Source of the DNA: Azovibrio restrictus DSM 23866
GTDB lineage: Bacteria; Pseudomonadota; Gammaproteobacteria; Burkholderiales; Rhodocyclaceae
Direction: 5' to 3'
Assembly (NCBI RefSeq): GCF_000429665.1
Contig: NZ_AUCH01000018.1
Span: forward strand, 25,317 to 89,316
DNA length: 64,000 nucleotides
Below are positions 47,859 through 56,917 of the stretch, piece by piece. The notes beneath the pieces are model-generated. The model did no database searches and was not told where the DNA came from. It saw nothing but the letters and a program-made list of their open reading frames with translations. Both the position numbers and the translations under genes were made by a program. Position 1 is the first letter of the stretch. Each line of letters begins with the position of its first letter.

Positions 47859-48977
47859 TCAGTCCTGCTTCCAGGCCAGCCGGGTCCAGGGGCTGGAAGG
47901 GTCCTGCAGGAGGAACTGGCGGGCGTCGTCGAAGATATCCATGTTCCCGCCGCCGCTCCAGAAGCCCCTGCCGATGATGTAGTTCTCGCTCATCTCCTGC
48001 CAGGAGGCAAAGCGGGCTTTCAGTGCGGTGCTGGCCAGCCTGATCCAGTGCCAGGCCTCCTCATCCAGGATGAAGCCGGCGGCGGCGGCCAGGCGGGCCA
48101 CGGCCACCAGGCGGCAGTAGTCCCAGGCATGGATGGAGGGATGGCGCTCGCCGTGGGTGCGCAGGTAATGCACGGCGCAGACGAAATGATCCTTCTCCTT
48201 ACGCTTCAACTGCTGGCGGGCCTCCGGCGCCAGCAATTCCAGGGGATCGATGACGTCCGGCCTGGCCGCGAGCATTTCCCTGATCTGATCGTACTCGTCC
48301 CGGTGCCCTTCCGTGTCCAGCCACTGCAGCATCCGGCGGGCCTCGGCCCCGTTGCGGATGCCCCAGCTTTCCTCCAGCAGGGCGCCCATGAGCTTCTTGT
48401 GGAAGCGCCCCGGGATGTCCCCGTGCAGACAGTCATGGCGCTGCTGGTTGGCCGCAGTCTGCATGGCGCTCAAAGCCAGCCCGAACAGCTGATCCTCGGA
48501 CAGGGGCGGCACGGGCTGGTACGCCATCCTGAGCTGGTTCAGGAGCTCCACCAGCTTGGTCGGGCCATAACCCCGGAAATAGGCCTGGAACGAGATTTCG
48601 CCGCTCTCACCCGGGGCCTTGCCCGAATCGGGGGTGAAATGGACGTAGATTCTCTTGTTGCCGGGGGAGTCGAGGGAGCCGCCCAGAAAGAAGCTCTCGA
48701 TCTCCGTCCAGGCGTGCCGCCGGGGGGAGAACGCCTGACGCAGGCAGAACCCCGTTTCATCCAGGGTCAGCTGCTCGCGCAGTCGCAGCAGGGCGAACAG
48801 GCCGAGGGCCAGGAATCCAGCGCCGATCCCGGCCACGGTCATGTTGAATTTCGTGAACAGTCCGGACCACAGCATCAGCCCGCCCCCGATGAAAAAGGGC
48901 GGGCCGAGCAGAACCATCAATATCTTGCGGCCTAGGCCTAGGGGTAACACCATGGGTAACTGGACTGGCGCTTTCAT
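47859..48977 (-). CDS. Membrane-anchored hypothetical protein (possible DUF1266-like C-terminal domain)
   Basis: An AGGAGGA RBS precedes ATG 48977 (MKAPVQ). Two N-terminal TM helices are present. The rest of listed ORF 47859..50318 is antisense to the helicase gene and spurious. GC is lower than the genome background. Confidence 0.6.
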   Translation of the reverse strand: MKAPVQLPMVLPLGLGRKILMVLLGPPFFIGGGLMLWSGLFTKFNMTVAGIGAGFLALGLFALLRLREQLTLDETGFCLRQAFSPRRHAWTEIESFFLGGSLDSPGNKRIYVHFTPDSGKAPGESGEISFQAYFRGYGPTKLVELLNQLRMAYQPVPPLSEDQLFGLALSAMQTAANQQRHDCLHGDIPGRFHKKLMGALLEESWGIRNGAEARRMLQWLDTEGHRDEYDQIREMLAARPDVIDPLELLAPEARQQLKRKEKDHFVCAVHYLRTHGERHPSIHAWDYCRLVAVARLAAAAGFILDEEAWHWIRLASTALKARFASWQEMSENYIIGRGFWSGGGNMDIFDDARQFLLQDPSSPWTRLAWKQD

Positions 48978-49211
48978 GTCTCCTCCTGGAATTGGCAAGT
49001 CCCTCCTGCAGCGGCGCCATTGCTGGCCCCGGGAGAGGGAGTTGGAAATCCCATTATCATAATCCAGGGGCGGGGCAGGTTCCAGCGCCGCAACCGGGCA
49101 TTCCAATTGCAAGAAAAGCGTCAGAGAATAGGCGCACCTCAAAATCATGAATACGGGGCGGGGCGCTGCAGGGTGGAGGCTTTGCAGTGCTGCTCGGACC
49201 CGGTCTAGCCC

Positions 49212-51035
49212 ATGGCACTTTTCTTTCCCGACATTCATTCCAAGAACCTGAAGCTCACCCCCGGAGAGCGTCGGTTTGCAACCTGTCTGTTGCGCACCCT
49301 GGAGGACGATTATTGTTGCTGGATCAATGTGCCGGTCGGCAGCAAGCAGCTTCGGCCTGACTTCATCGTGCTGCATCCAGGGCGCGGCATCCTGACCCTG
49401 GAGGTGAAGGACTGGAAGCTGCCGACAATCCGCAGCATGGATCGTTTCAGCGCCGAAATCATGACGGAGCGGGGCCCCAAGACCCTGGTCAATCCCCTGG
49501 AGCAGGCCAGGGGCTACGCGCTGGCCATCAAGGAAATCCTGGAGCGCGATCCGCTCTTGGTACAGCAGGAGCCCGGGCGTTATCACGGACATTTGCTGCT
49601 GCCCTGGGGCTTCGGTGTGGTCCTGACCAACATCAGCCGCCGTCAGTTCGAGGCGAGTGGTCTGGCGCAGGCGATTCCCTCGGACCGGGTCATCTGCCAG
49701 GACGAAATCACCGAAGGAACTGATCCGGAAGCCTTTCAACAAAGACTCTGGGACATGTTCCAGTACCAGTTCGGCGGCTTGTTGTCTCTGGCGCGCATCG
49801 ACCGGGTGCGCTGGCATCTTTTTCCTGAGGTGCGGATCAACCAGCTCGGGCTGTTCGGTGGCGAGGCCGAAGAACCGGACCAGGAGGGGCGGATCAACCA
49901 GTTCCTGCCGGAGCTGATCAAGGTCATGGATACCCAGCAGGAAAAGATTGCCCGCAATCTGGGAGAGGGGCACCGCATCGTGCATGGCGTTGCCGGCTCC
50001 GGCAAAACCCTTTTGCTGGCTTTCCGCTGCCTGCATCTGGACAAGATGAACCTGGTCAAGCCCATCCTGGTGTTGTGCTACAACAAGACCCTGGCCGCGA
50101 AGCTGACGGAAATGCTGCGTCAGCGGGGCGTAGGCGACAACGTTCATATTCGGCACTTTCATGGCTGGTGCAAGGCCATGTGCGACCTCTATCAGCTGGA
50201 CCTGGAAAAATCCGAGCGGCCCGTCTACAAGCGGCAGGTGGAGGCGGTCATCCGGGGGGCCGAGGCCGGCCGGGTTCCCCGGGCCCAGTATTCGGCGATC
50301 CTGATTGATGAAGGCCACGATTTCGAGCCGGAGTGGTTCAGGCTGCTGATCCAGATGATCGATCCGGAAACCAATTCCCTGCTGCTGCTCTACGACGATG
50401 CCCAGAGCATCTACGGCAAGAAGAAGCGCCGTTCAGTCTCCTGGGCCAGCCTGGGTATCAAGGCGAGCGGGCGCAGCACCATCCTCAAGGTCAATTACCG
50501 GAATACCGTCGAGGCCCTGGATTTTTCCTACCAGTTCCTTTCAGCCTATATCGACGAAAGCAGCGGTACGGAGGAGGCTCCCCTGATCCATCCGGACGCG
50601 GGGGGACGCAATGGACGCAAACCGCTTGTCAGGCGTTTCGATTCACTGTCCGGAGAAGCTGATCATCTGGCCCAATGGCTGCAGGCCAGGGCCAGAACCG
50701 GGGTGCCCTATGAGGACATGGCCGTACTTTGCCGTTTCAACCGGCAGATCGAGGATTTTCACGGTGTCCTGAGTCGCAAGGGCGTGCCTGCCAGCAAGGA
50801 ACTGCTGGGGCGCTCCGGGGTTCGCCTGCTGACCATCCATGCCAGCAAGGGACTTGAGTTCAACACGGTGGCCATTCCTGATCTGGGCTGCATGCCCTAT
50901 GCCAAGGTGAGCCCGGAGGAGGAGGCGAAGCTCCTCTACGTGGCACTGACTCGTTCCACTGACTCCCTGTTGGTTTCCTACCATCGGGAAAGCGAGTTCA
51001 CCCAGCGTTGTGAAGCCCTGGCCAAGGGTGACTGA
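49212..51035 (+). CDS. NERD nuclease-domain / UvrD-like SF1 helicase fusion protein (Nhi-like nuclease-helicase)
   Basis: The N-terminal NERD-like region reads CWINVPVGSKQLRPDFIVLHPGRGILTLEVKDW. Helicase motifs include VHGVAGSGKT (Walker A), LIDEGHDF, IHASKGLEF and LYVALTRS. GC is lower than the flanks. Confidence 0.8.
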   Translation: MALFFPDIHSKNLKLTPGERRFATCLLRTLEDDYCCWINVPVGSKQLRPDFIVLHPGRGILTLEVKDWKLPTIRSMDRFSAEIMTERGPKTLVNPLEQARGYALAIKEILERDPLLVQQEPGRYHGHLLLPWGFGVVLTNISRRQFEASGLAQAIPSDRVICQDEITEGTDPEAFQQRLWDMFQYQFGGLLSLARIDRVRWHLFPEVRINQLGLFGGEAEEPDQEGRINQFLPELIKVMDTQQEKIARNLGEGHRIVHGVAGSGKTLLLAFRCLHLDKMNLVKPILVLCYNKTLAAKLTEMLRQRGVGDNVHIRHFHGWCKAMCDLYQLDLEKSERPVYKRQVEAVIRGAEAGRVPRAQYSAILIDEGHDFEPEWFRLLIQMIDPETNSLLLLYDDAQSIYGKKKRRSVSWASLGIKASGRSTILKVNYRNTVEALDFSYQFLSAYIDESSGTEEAPLIHPDAGGRNGRKPLVRRFDSLSGEADHLAQWLQARARTGVPYEDMAVLCRFNRQIEDFHGVLSRKGVPASKELLGRSGVRLLTIHASKGLEFNTVAIPDLGCMPYAKVSPEEEAKLLYVALTRSTDSLLVSYHRESEFTQRCEALAKGD

Positions 51036-51135
51036 GCCATCCAGGCGCTTGCGGCAGGCCCATGGCTGCCAGGGGATTGCGCAAAGCAGCCGTGGGCATG
51101 TTCAGTTCACGCCCACGGCCATGGGGAGGCGGGCT

Positions 51136-51333
51136 TCAGGAGTGTTGCAGCTTGTTGGCGTGAACGAACATGGCCCATTCCTCCGGGTCCAGTTCCATCT
51201 GGCAGTTGTCGCCTTCGATATCCGCTTCCAGGAGGAAGAACTCCGGGGCGGCCTGGTAGGTGGTGATGCGGGAAACATTGACGGTCAGGGGGCTGATGGC
51301 GGATTGCCAGCGGCCCAGGGCAGGTTGTTCCAT
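51136..51333 (-). CDS. Small hypothetical protein (65 aa)
   Basis: A short ORF (MEQPALGRWQSAISPL...) in the low-GC islet. Weak support. Confidence 0.25.
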   Translation of the reverse strand: MEQPALGRWQSAISPLTVNVSRITTYQAAPEFFLLEADIEGDNCQMELDPEEWAMFVHANKLQHS

Positions 51334-51516
51334 GATCGACCTTTCTCGGCAAATGGAGGAAATGCCTCGAATCCTGGCTATGGACGGGAATCCCATGTAG
51401 CAGTGATCCGGACATGAGCTTGGGACTGATGTTTGGCGAAAGGGTTCCAGGGGGGGAAAATCCCGGGCCGTGATCGTCATGCTGGCGATCCTGATGCCGA
51501 GAGGGAGTTTCCATTC

Positions 51517-51681
51517 ATGTTCTTCGCCATCCTTTTCCTGTGCCTGGCCGCCCTGGGCAGCTATTTTTTCCCCGAATGGTCCTGGGCCGCGCTGCTCGGC
51601 GCTTCCTTCGGCATCGTCGTGACCCTGCGCCTGGCGCTGCTGCTGGGGGAGCGTTCGGGCAAGGCGGCGGACCGGGGCTGA
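51517..51681 (+). CDS. Small hydrophobic membrane protein (54 aa)
   Basis: A GAGGGAG RBS sits 7 nt upstream of the ATG. It has two predicted TM helices (MFFAILFLCLAALGSYFF...). Confidence 0.35.
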   Translation: MFFAILFLCLAALGSYFFPEWSWAALLGASFGIVVTLRLALLLGERSGKAADRG

Positions 51682-51748
51682 TGCCCGGGGCAGCATGGTC
51701 CCTGGTGCTGCAGGTATACTTTCGGCATTTCATCCGGGGTTTTGTCCC

Positions 51749-52726
51749 ATGGCCATTTTTCGCTGCAACAAATGCGGTCTGCTTGCCGAGCAGGCGGATT
51801 CCCTTGCGGGACAATCTCTGAATTGCTCCAAGTGCGGGGCGCCAGCCCAGGTGTATCCCACCTTGTTTTTCATAGAAAAGCTTCTGGCGCGCTATTTTTC
51901 CGCCCAAAAGGAGATTGCCCAGTTGAAGGGACCGGTGGCTGAGCCGGCCCCCGCGCTTCCCGGGGGGGGAATGGAAGGCATTGATCTGGGAAATACCGAC
52001 GCCCTGGCCAGTGACCAGCAGCATGGTCCGATCTATGACTGGTTTCGCAAGAAACAGATCAGGGTGGAGGCCAATCTGCGCGGTGTTGATACGAGCGGCT
52101 TCTTCGATGAAGTGGCGGAAGCCATCGGCGCCAATCTGCCTGTCCTGAAGGAAGTGCTGGAGCGGATACGCTGGTCCCAGCAGAAGGAGCATGCCAGTGC
52201 CACCATCAATCTGGACAAGAAATCCCCGGAGGATGCCAAGGCCATCATCCGGTTCTGTCAGCAACTTTACGATTTTTCCTTCGTGGCCAAGTGCTTTCAC
52301 AACAAGCCTGAAAACAATGTGCGCCTGATTCTGCAGAGCGCCCCGGCCATCCGCTGTTTCTTCAGCGGGGAATGGCTGGAGTGGCATGCGCTGATGACCA
52401 GCCTGCGCTATGCCAAAGAGCGCAAGCAACGGTTTTCCTGCGCCCGTGGCTTGAAGCTGGATCTGGGCAAGGAGACCCACGAACTGGATGTGTTCATGCT
52501 GATCGATGGTAAGACCCCGGTCTGTATCGAATGCAAAAGCGGGGAGTTTCGCCAGAACATCGATCTTTATCTGGCCCTGAAGAAGCGCCTGGGCCTGGAG
52601 CGCAGGCAGTTCCTGATGTGCATTGCCGGCCTTGAAGATGAAAAAGCCAGGGCTTTTTCCGCCATGTATGACCTGAGCTTCACCAACGAACGGGGACTGG
52701 CGGAGCAACTGGCTCAGCTGTTCTGA
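51749..52726 (+). CDS. Zn-ribbon (CxxC...CxxC) protein with C-terminal PD-(D/E)xK nuclease-like motif
   Basis: The N-terminus reads FRCNKCGLL...NCSKCGAP. The C-terminus HELDVFMLIDGKTPVCIECKSGEF fits the D...(D/E)xK restriction-endonuclease fold. GC is low. The ATG at 51749 is preferred over track start 51695. Confidence 0.55.
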   Translation: MAIFRCNKCGLLAEQADSLAGQSLNCSKCGAPAQVYPTLFFIEKLLARYFSAQKEIAQLKGPVAEPAPALPGGGMEGIDLGNTDALASDQQHGPIYDWFRKKQIRVEANLRGVDTSGFFDEVAEAIGANLPVLKEVLERIRWSQQKEHASATINLDKKSPEDAKAIIRFCQQLYDFSFVAKCFHNKPENNVRLILQSAPAIRCFFSGEWLEWHALMTSLRYAKERKQRFSCARGLKLDLGKETHELDVFMLIDGKTPVCIECKSGEFRQNIDLYLALKKRLGLERRQFLMCIAGLEDEKARAFSAMYDLSFTNERGLAEQLAQLF

Positions 52727-52800
52727 GGCAGGTCGCTGCTTGGAGAAGGTCGAGGCCCCGGGAACGGGGCCTCGACACATCGGCGGCGACCCGCCGTCCC

Positions 52801-53535
52801 TCAGTGATCCAGGGGTTTGAGCAGGAAGGAGAAGGTGGCGGCGTGCTGGACGATGTCGGCGTCCTCGGTGCTGGCCGGCGCTTCGTGGGTGGCGTAGATG
52901 ACGTTCAGGCCCTGGTTTGGCACCTTGATCCTGACGATGCCCTGGGAGTCGGTCTTGACCGAGCGGTTGTCGGGGTCGTTGGCGAAGTCCGGGGCGAGGC
53001 GCAGGCCGGGCAGGGGTTTGCCGTTGAAGAGCACGCGCAGCGCCATGATCTCCCCCTTCTTCCTGGGTAGCCGGGGTTCCACGGGCAGGATCTGCAGGGG
53101 CTGGTCCGCCAGGGGCTGCGCGGCCTGGTTCAGGTCGCCGCTCTGGTGGATGGCATGCTTGTAGTAACGGCCGCTCTTGATGGCGTCGGGGGTGGCGCTC
53201 TTGGCGGCATTCACCCATTTCCCGTCGCGCTGCTGGCTGTAGTAGCCATTGTCCAGGGTGGCGCCGAGCAGGGCCGGGGCATCCCGGGTGTCCACCAGCA
53301 GCAGGTATTCGGTCTTGGTGAGCAGCATCGGCAGGGCCTGGCCGTTGGCGTCCAGGGCCTGCAGCTGGCTGATCTTGTCGGCCTTGGGGACGATCGGGCC
53401 ATCTTCGGCGCCATCGCCGTAGACCAGGGCCAGCTTGCCGGCCCGCTGGGCGAACCAGATGCCGTGGGCGTTGGCGGCGGGACTGAGGCAGGCCAGGAGC
53501 AGCAGGGCGCTGGCCAGTTTTTGCAGACGGATCAT
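52801..53535 (-). CDS. Periplasmic DUF4198-like protein (signal peptide), TonB-cluster associated
   Basis: The signal peptide is MIRLQKLASALLLLACLSPAANA. The true start is the ATG at 53535, and the upstream part of ORF 52801..54507 is out of frame with the real neighbour. Confidence 0.6.
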   Translation of the reverse strand: MIRLQKLASALLLLACLSPAANAHGIWFAQRAGKLALVYGDGAEDGPIVPKADKISQLQALDANGQALPMLLTKTEYLLLVDTRDAPALLGATLDNGYYSQQRDGKWVNAAKSATPDAIKSGRYYKHAIHQSGDLNQAAQPLADQPLQILPVEPRLPRKKGEIMALRVLFNGKPLPGLRLAPDFANDPDNRSVKTDSQGIVRIKVPNQGLNVIYATHEAPASTEDADIVQHAATFSFLLKPLDH

Positions 53536-53549
53536 GTTTTTCTCCAGGT

Positions 53550-54686
53550 TCAGAAATAGGAGCGCCAGCCCCCCTGATGCTGGCGCTTGTAGGCGGCGAA
53601 GCTGTGGCACAGGGGATAGACGGCGAGCAGCACCAGGGCGGCGGTCAGCCAGATCGGCCAGACCTGTTCGAAGCCGTAGCGGCTGCCCTGGTTGGGGCCC
53701 CAGATTTGCAGGCAGAGCAGGTACAGGCCGTGCAGCAGGTAGAGGTGCAGGACGTAGAAGAACATGGGCACCCGGCCCAGGTCGGACCAGAAGCGCGGCA
53801 GGGGCCGGCGCTCCAGGCGTACCAGCAGCAACAGCCCGGTGCCCAGGGTGAGCAGCAGGAACAGTAGCGAGGGCGGGTATTTGGTCAGGTTGAGCCAGCT
53901 CATCAGCTGCCCCAGCAGGGTATCGGCCGGCTGGCGCGGGTGCTCGCCGTAGACGTCCAGGGCGCGCAGCAGCAGGAACAGCAGCAGGGCACCCAGCCCG
54001 GCCGGGAGCAGCCAGCGGCGCCGCAGTTCGGGGCTGGCGCTGCGGCCGTACAGGGGGCCGGCGGCGTAGCCGAGCAGGATCACCCCGAACCAGGGCAGGG
54101 CCGGATAGGAAGTGCGCGCCTGCAGCCCGAACAGCTCGATCAGCGAGCGGTCGTGCAGGATGGCCCAGAGCACCTGGCCCGTGTCGCCGGGGTTGAGATG
54201 CAGGCCGTCGAACAGGTGGTGCCCGGCGATGATGGCGATGCCGAGGACGAATTGCCAGAGGCGCGGCAGCCAGAGCAGCAGGGCCAGGGCCAGCATGCTC
54301 AGGCCTATGGCCCAGATCACCTGCAGGTAGATGATCCGGGGCGGCCAGCTGAAGGTCCAGGCGAAGTTGATCAGCGTCAGCTCCAGGAGCACCAGGAACA
54401 GGCCCCGCTTGAGCAGATAGACGCTGGTGGCCGGGCGGGGATCGGCGAATTTCTGGCCGTAGCACCAGGCGCCCAGACCGGTCAGGAAGACGAAGATCGG
54501 GGCGCACCAGTGGCTGGCCAGGCGGGTGAAGAACAGGGCCGGGTCCACGCTGCCCAGGTCCATGGGGTCGCTGACCTGTTGGTGCAGGTAGAAGAACTCG
54601 CGCACGTGATCCACCAGCATCAGGGCCATCACCAGGCCCCGCAGGGTATCGATGGCGCTGATGCGTTGGGCAGCTTGGGGGATCAA
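53550..54686 (-). CDS. Polytopic membrane protein, DUF1624 (acyltransferase-3-like) family
   Basis: The N-terminal motif RISAIDTLRGLVMALMLVDH is followed by multiple TM helices. The probable TTG start lies just after the TonB receptor stop. Confidence 0.6.
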   Translation of the reverse strand: MIPQAAQRISAIDTLRGLVMALMLVDHVREFFYLHQQVSDPMDLGSVDPALFFTRLASHWCAPIFVFLTGLGAWCYGQKFADPRPATSVYLLKRGLFLVLLELTLINFAWTFSWPPRIIYLQVIWAIGLSMLALALLLWLPRLWQFVLGIAIIAGHHLFDGLHLNPGDTGQVLWAILHDRSLIELFGLQARTSYPALPWFGVILLGYAAGPLYGRSASPELRRRWLLPAGLGALLLFLLLRALDVYGEHPRQPADTLLGQLMSWLNLTKYPPSLLFLLLTLGTGLLLLVRLERRPLPRFWSDLGRVPMFFYVLHLYLLHGLYLLCLQIWGPNQGSRYGFEQVWPIWLTAALVLLAVYPLCHSFAAYKRQHQGGWRSYF

Positions 54687-54688
54687 GT

Positions 54689-56812
54689 TCAGAACCTCGT
54701 CTGCAGGCCGAGGGTGAGGGTGCGCGGCGTGCCCGGCGTCACCCAATACACGTCATAGGAGCTGGCGTAGTAGGTCTTGTCGAACAGGTTTTCCACGTCC
54801 AGGGACAGGCGCAGGTTCTTGCTGGGCTTCCAGTAGGTCATCAGGCGGGCCGTGGTGTAGGCGGGCAGGCTGAAGCTGTCGAGGGCGTTGCCGGAGCGCT
54901 CGCCCACATGGGTGAGCCCGGCGCCGATGCCGTAGCGGCCGGCGGAGAAAGCGTCCTCGTACATGGCCATGACGCTGCCGCTGTGCCTGGGCACGTTGAG
55001 CAGGCGGGCGCCTTGCAGGGCGGCGTTGTTGTCCTTGGTGATCTTGGCGTCGGTATAGGCGTAATTGGCGGTGACGCGGATCTTGTCGGTCAGCTGGCCG
55101 GAGAAATCCACTTCCAGGCCCCGGCTGCGGGCCTCGCCAGCGGCGATGGAAAAGCCCGAGTTGTTCAGGTCGTTGGTGAGCACGTTCTTCTTGTCGATAT
55201 CGAACAGGGCCAGGGTGCCCCCGTAGCGCTTGTCGGCCGATTCGTACTTGACCCCCACTTCCCGGGCGCGTCCTTCTTCCGGGGCGAAGGCGCCGCCATT
55301 CACGTCGCTGCCGGTGTTGGGCCGGAAGGACTCGCTGGCCAGGGTGTAGACGGACAGGGTCGGATTGAGGAGCCAGGTTAGGCCGATGCGAGGTGTGGTG
55401 GCCTGGTGATCCTGCTGGACCCGGGTGTCGCTGCTGCGATTGCTGATGTCCTGGCGGAAGCGGTCATGGCGCAGCCCCACCAGGAGCCGCCAGCTTTCGG
55501 CCAGGGCGATCTGGTCCTGCAGGAAGAAACCGGTGCCGTACTGTTTTTCCAGGGTATCCACGGGTGTGGTGTTCAGGGCCAGGGGCGTCTGGCCATAGAC
55601 CGGGTCGTGGATGTTGATGCCGTAGGCGCTGGTGGAGCGGCCCCGGGTCATCAGCTGATCCAGCTCGAAACGGTAGCTGTCGAGGCCGGCCAGCACCTCG
55701 TGGCGGATGGTGCCGGTGGCGAACTTGCCCTGCAGCTCGCCCTGGAAGGAAATGTCGTGGGAATCGTAATCCCGGTAACGGCGCTCCCGTTCGATGATGG
55801 GGGCACCGGCCGTGGTCCAGCGCACGACCCCGGCGCTCCGGGGGCTGGCTTCGGTGGAATAGCCGCTGAATTCCCCGGTCCGGTAGGCTAGGCCGGCCTT
55901 GGCCTTCCAGTCGCTGGAGAACTCATGCTCCAGGGTCAGCTGGTGGGTCTTGTTGTCGATGGTGACGTCGCCGTCCCCGGGTTCTCCCAGGAAGGTCTTG
56001 CGGGAAATGCTGCCGGTGCGGCCGTTGACCGCCACCACGCCGCGGTCCAGGGGGGCCTTGTGGCGCAGGATTTCCAGGTCGTAGTTGAGCAGGGTGTCGG
56101 GAGACAGCACCCAGGTGAAGGAAGGCGCCACCAGGTAGCGTTCGCTCTCCACCTGGTCCCGGAAACTGCCCTTGTCCTCCACCGCCAGGTTCAGGCGGTA
56201 GGCCAGCCGCTCGGAGAGGGGGCCGGTGGAATCCAGGGTGCTGCGGTAGCTGTCGTAGCTGCCCGCATAGACCTCCAGGGAGTGGCCGGCCTTGAACTGG
56301 GGTTTCTTGGTCACCACGTTGAGGATGCCGCCCGGCTCGCTGGCCCCGTACAGGGCGGCGGCCGGCCCCTTGAGGACTTCCACCCGCTCCACGTTGGCCA
56401 TGTCCCGGGGGGCGTTGAAGCCCCGGTTGCCGATGAAGCCGTTGCGCAGGAAGCTGGGGCCGGTGTTTTCATGGCCGGCGAAACCGCGGATGGCGAAGTT
56501 GTCCCACAGGCCCCCGAAGCTGTTCTGGCGGGTGACGCCGCTGACGTAGTCGTAGGCCTCCTCCAGCCGCACGGCGCCGATGTCGTCGATGATCTGGCGG
56601 GGAATTACCCGCACCGACTGGGGCAGTTCCCGCAGCGGCGTGCCGGAACGGGCGACGCTGCTTTCCTCCTGGTAATAGGCCTGGCCTTCGCCACGGCCCA
56701 CCACGTTCACTTCCGTGAGTTGCAGATCATTTTCCTGGGCCCAGGCGCTGCAGTGGAAACCGGCCAGCAGCATCAGGGCCAGGGGCTTGGGCTTGAATCG
56801 GGTTTGCATCAT
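54689..56812 (-). CDS. TonB-dependent siderophore/metal receptor
   Basis: A signal peptide is present, with a TonB-box-like DLQLTEVNVVGRGE. A plug domain is present and the beta-barrel ends in terminal Phe (...LQTRF). Confidence 0.9.
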   Translation of the reverse strand: MMQTRFKPKPLALMLLAGFHCSAWAQENDLQLTEVNVVGRGEGQAYYQEESSVARSGTPLRELPQSVRVIPRQIIDDIGAVRLEEAYDYVSGVTRQNSFGGLWDNFAIRGFAGHENTGPSFLRNGFIGNRGFNAPRDMANVERVEVLKGPAAALYGASEPGGILNVVTKKPQFKAGHSLEVYAGSYDSYRSTLDSTGPLSERLAYRLNLAVEDKGSFRDQVESERYLVAPSFTWVLSPDTLLNYDLEILRHKAPLDRGVVAVNGRTGSISRKTFLGEPGDGDVTIDNKTHQLTLEHEFSSDWKAKAGLAYRTGEFSGYSTEASPRSAGVVRWTTAGAPIIERERRYRDYDSHDISFQGELQGKFATGTIRHEVLAGLDSYRFELDQLMTRGRSTSAYGINIHDPVYGQTPLALNTTPVDTLEKQYGTGFFLQDQIALAESWRLLVGLRHDRFRQDISNRSSDTRVQQDHQATTPRIGLTWLLNPTLSVYTLASESFRPNTGSDVNGGAFAPEEGRAREVGVKYESADKRYGGTLALFDIDKKNVLTNDLNNSGFSIAAGEARSRGLEVDFSGQLTDKIRVTANYAYTDAKITKDNNAALQGARLLNVPRHSGSVMAMYEDAFSAGRYGIGAGLTHVGERSGNALDSFSLPAYTTARLMTYWKPSKNLRLSLDVENLFDKTYYASSYDVYWVTPGTPRTLTLGLQTRF

Positions 56813-56860
56813 GTTTCCTGTGAGAAAAATGGGGGGAATGCTACAAGAATTTGCGATTCG

Positions 56861-56880
56861 TGAAAATCATTATCATTTGC
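56861..56880 (+). promoter_or_regulatory. Fur box (TGAAAATCATTATCATTTGC) upstream of TonB receptor gene
   Basis: The sequence matches the AATCATTATCATT core of the GATAATGATAATCATTATC Fur consensus, ~50 nt upstream of the 56812 start. Confidence 0.7.
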
Positions 56881-56917
56881 CGCGAGGGCCGAAAGGGGCC
56901 TTCAGAGGCGGGGGGCC

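Noticed and set aside
47859-50318. 819-aa minus ORF
   Set aside because: Only the 3' third (from ATG 48977 with an AGGAGGA RBS) is a plausible gene. The remainder is antisense to the NERD-helicase gene.
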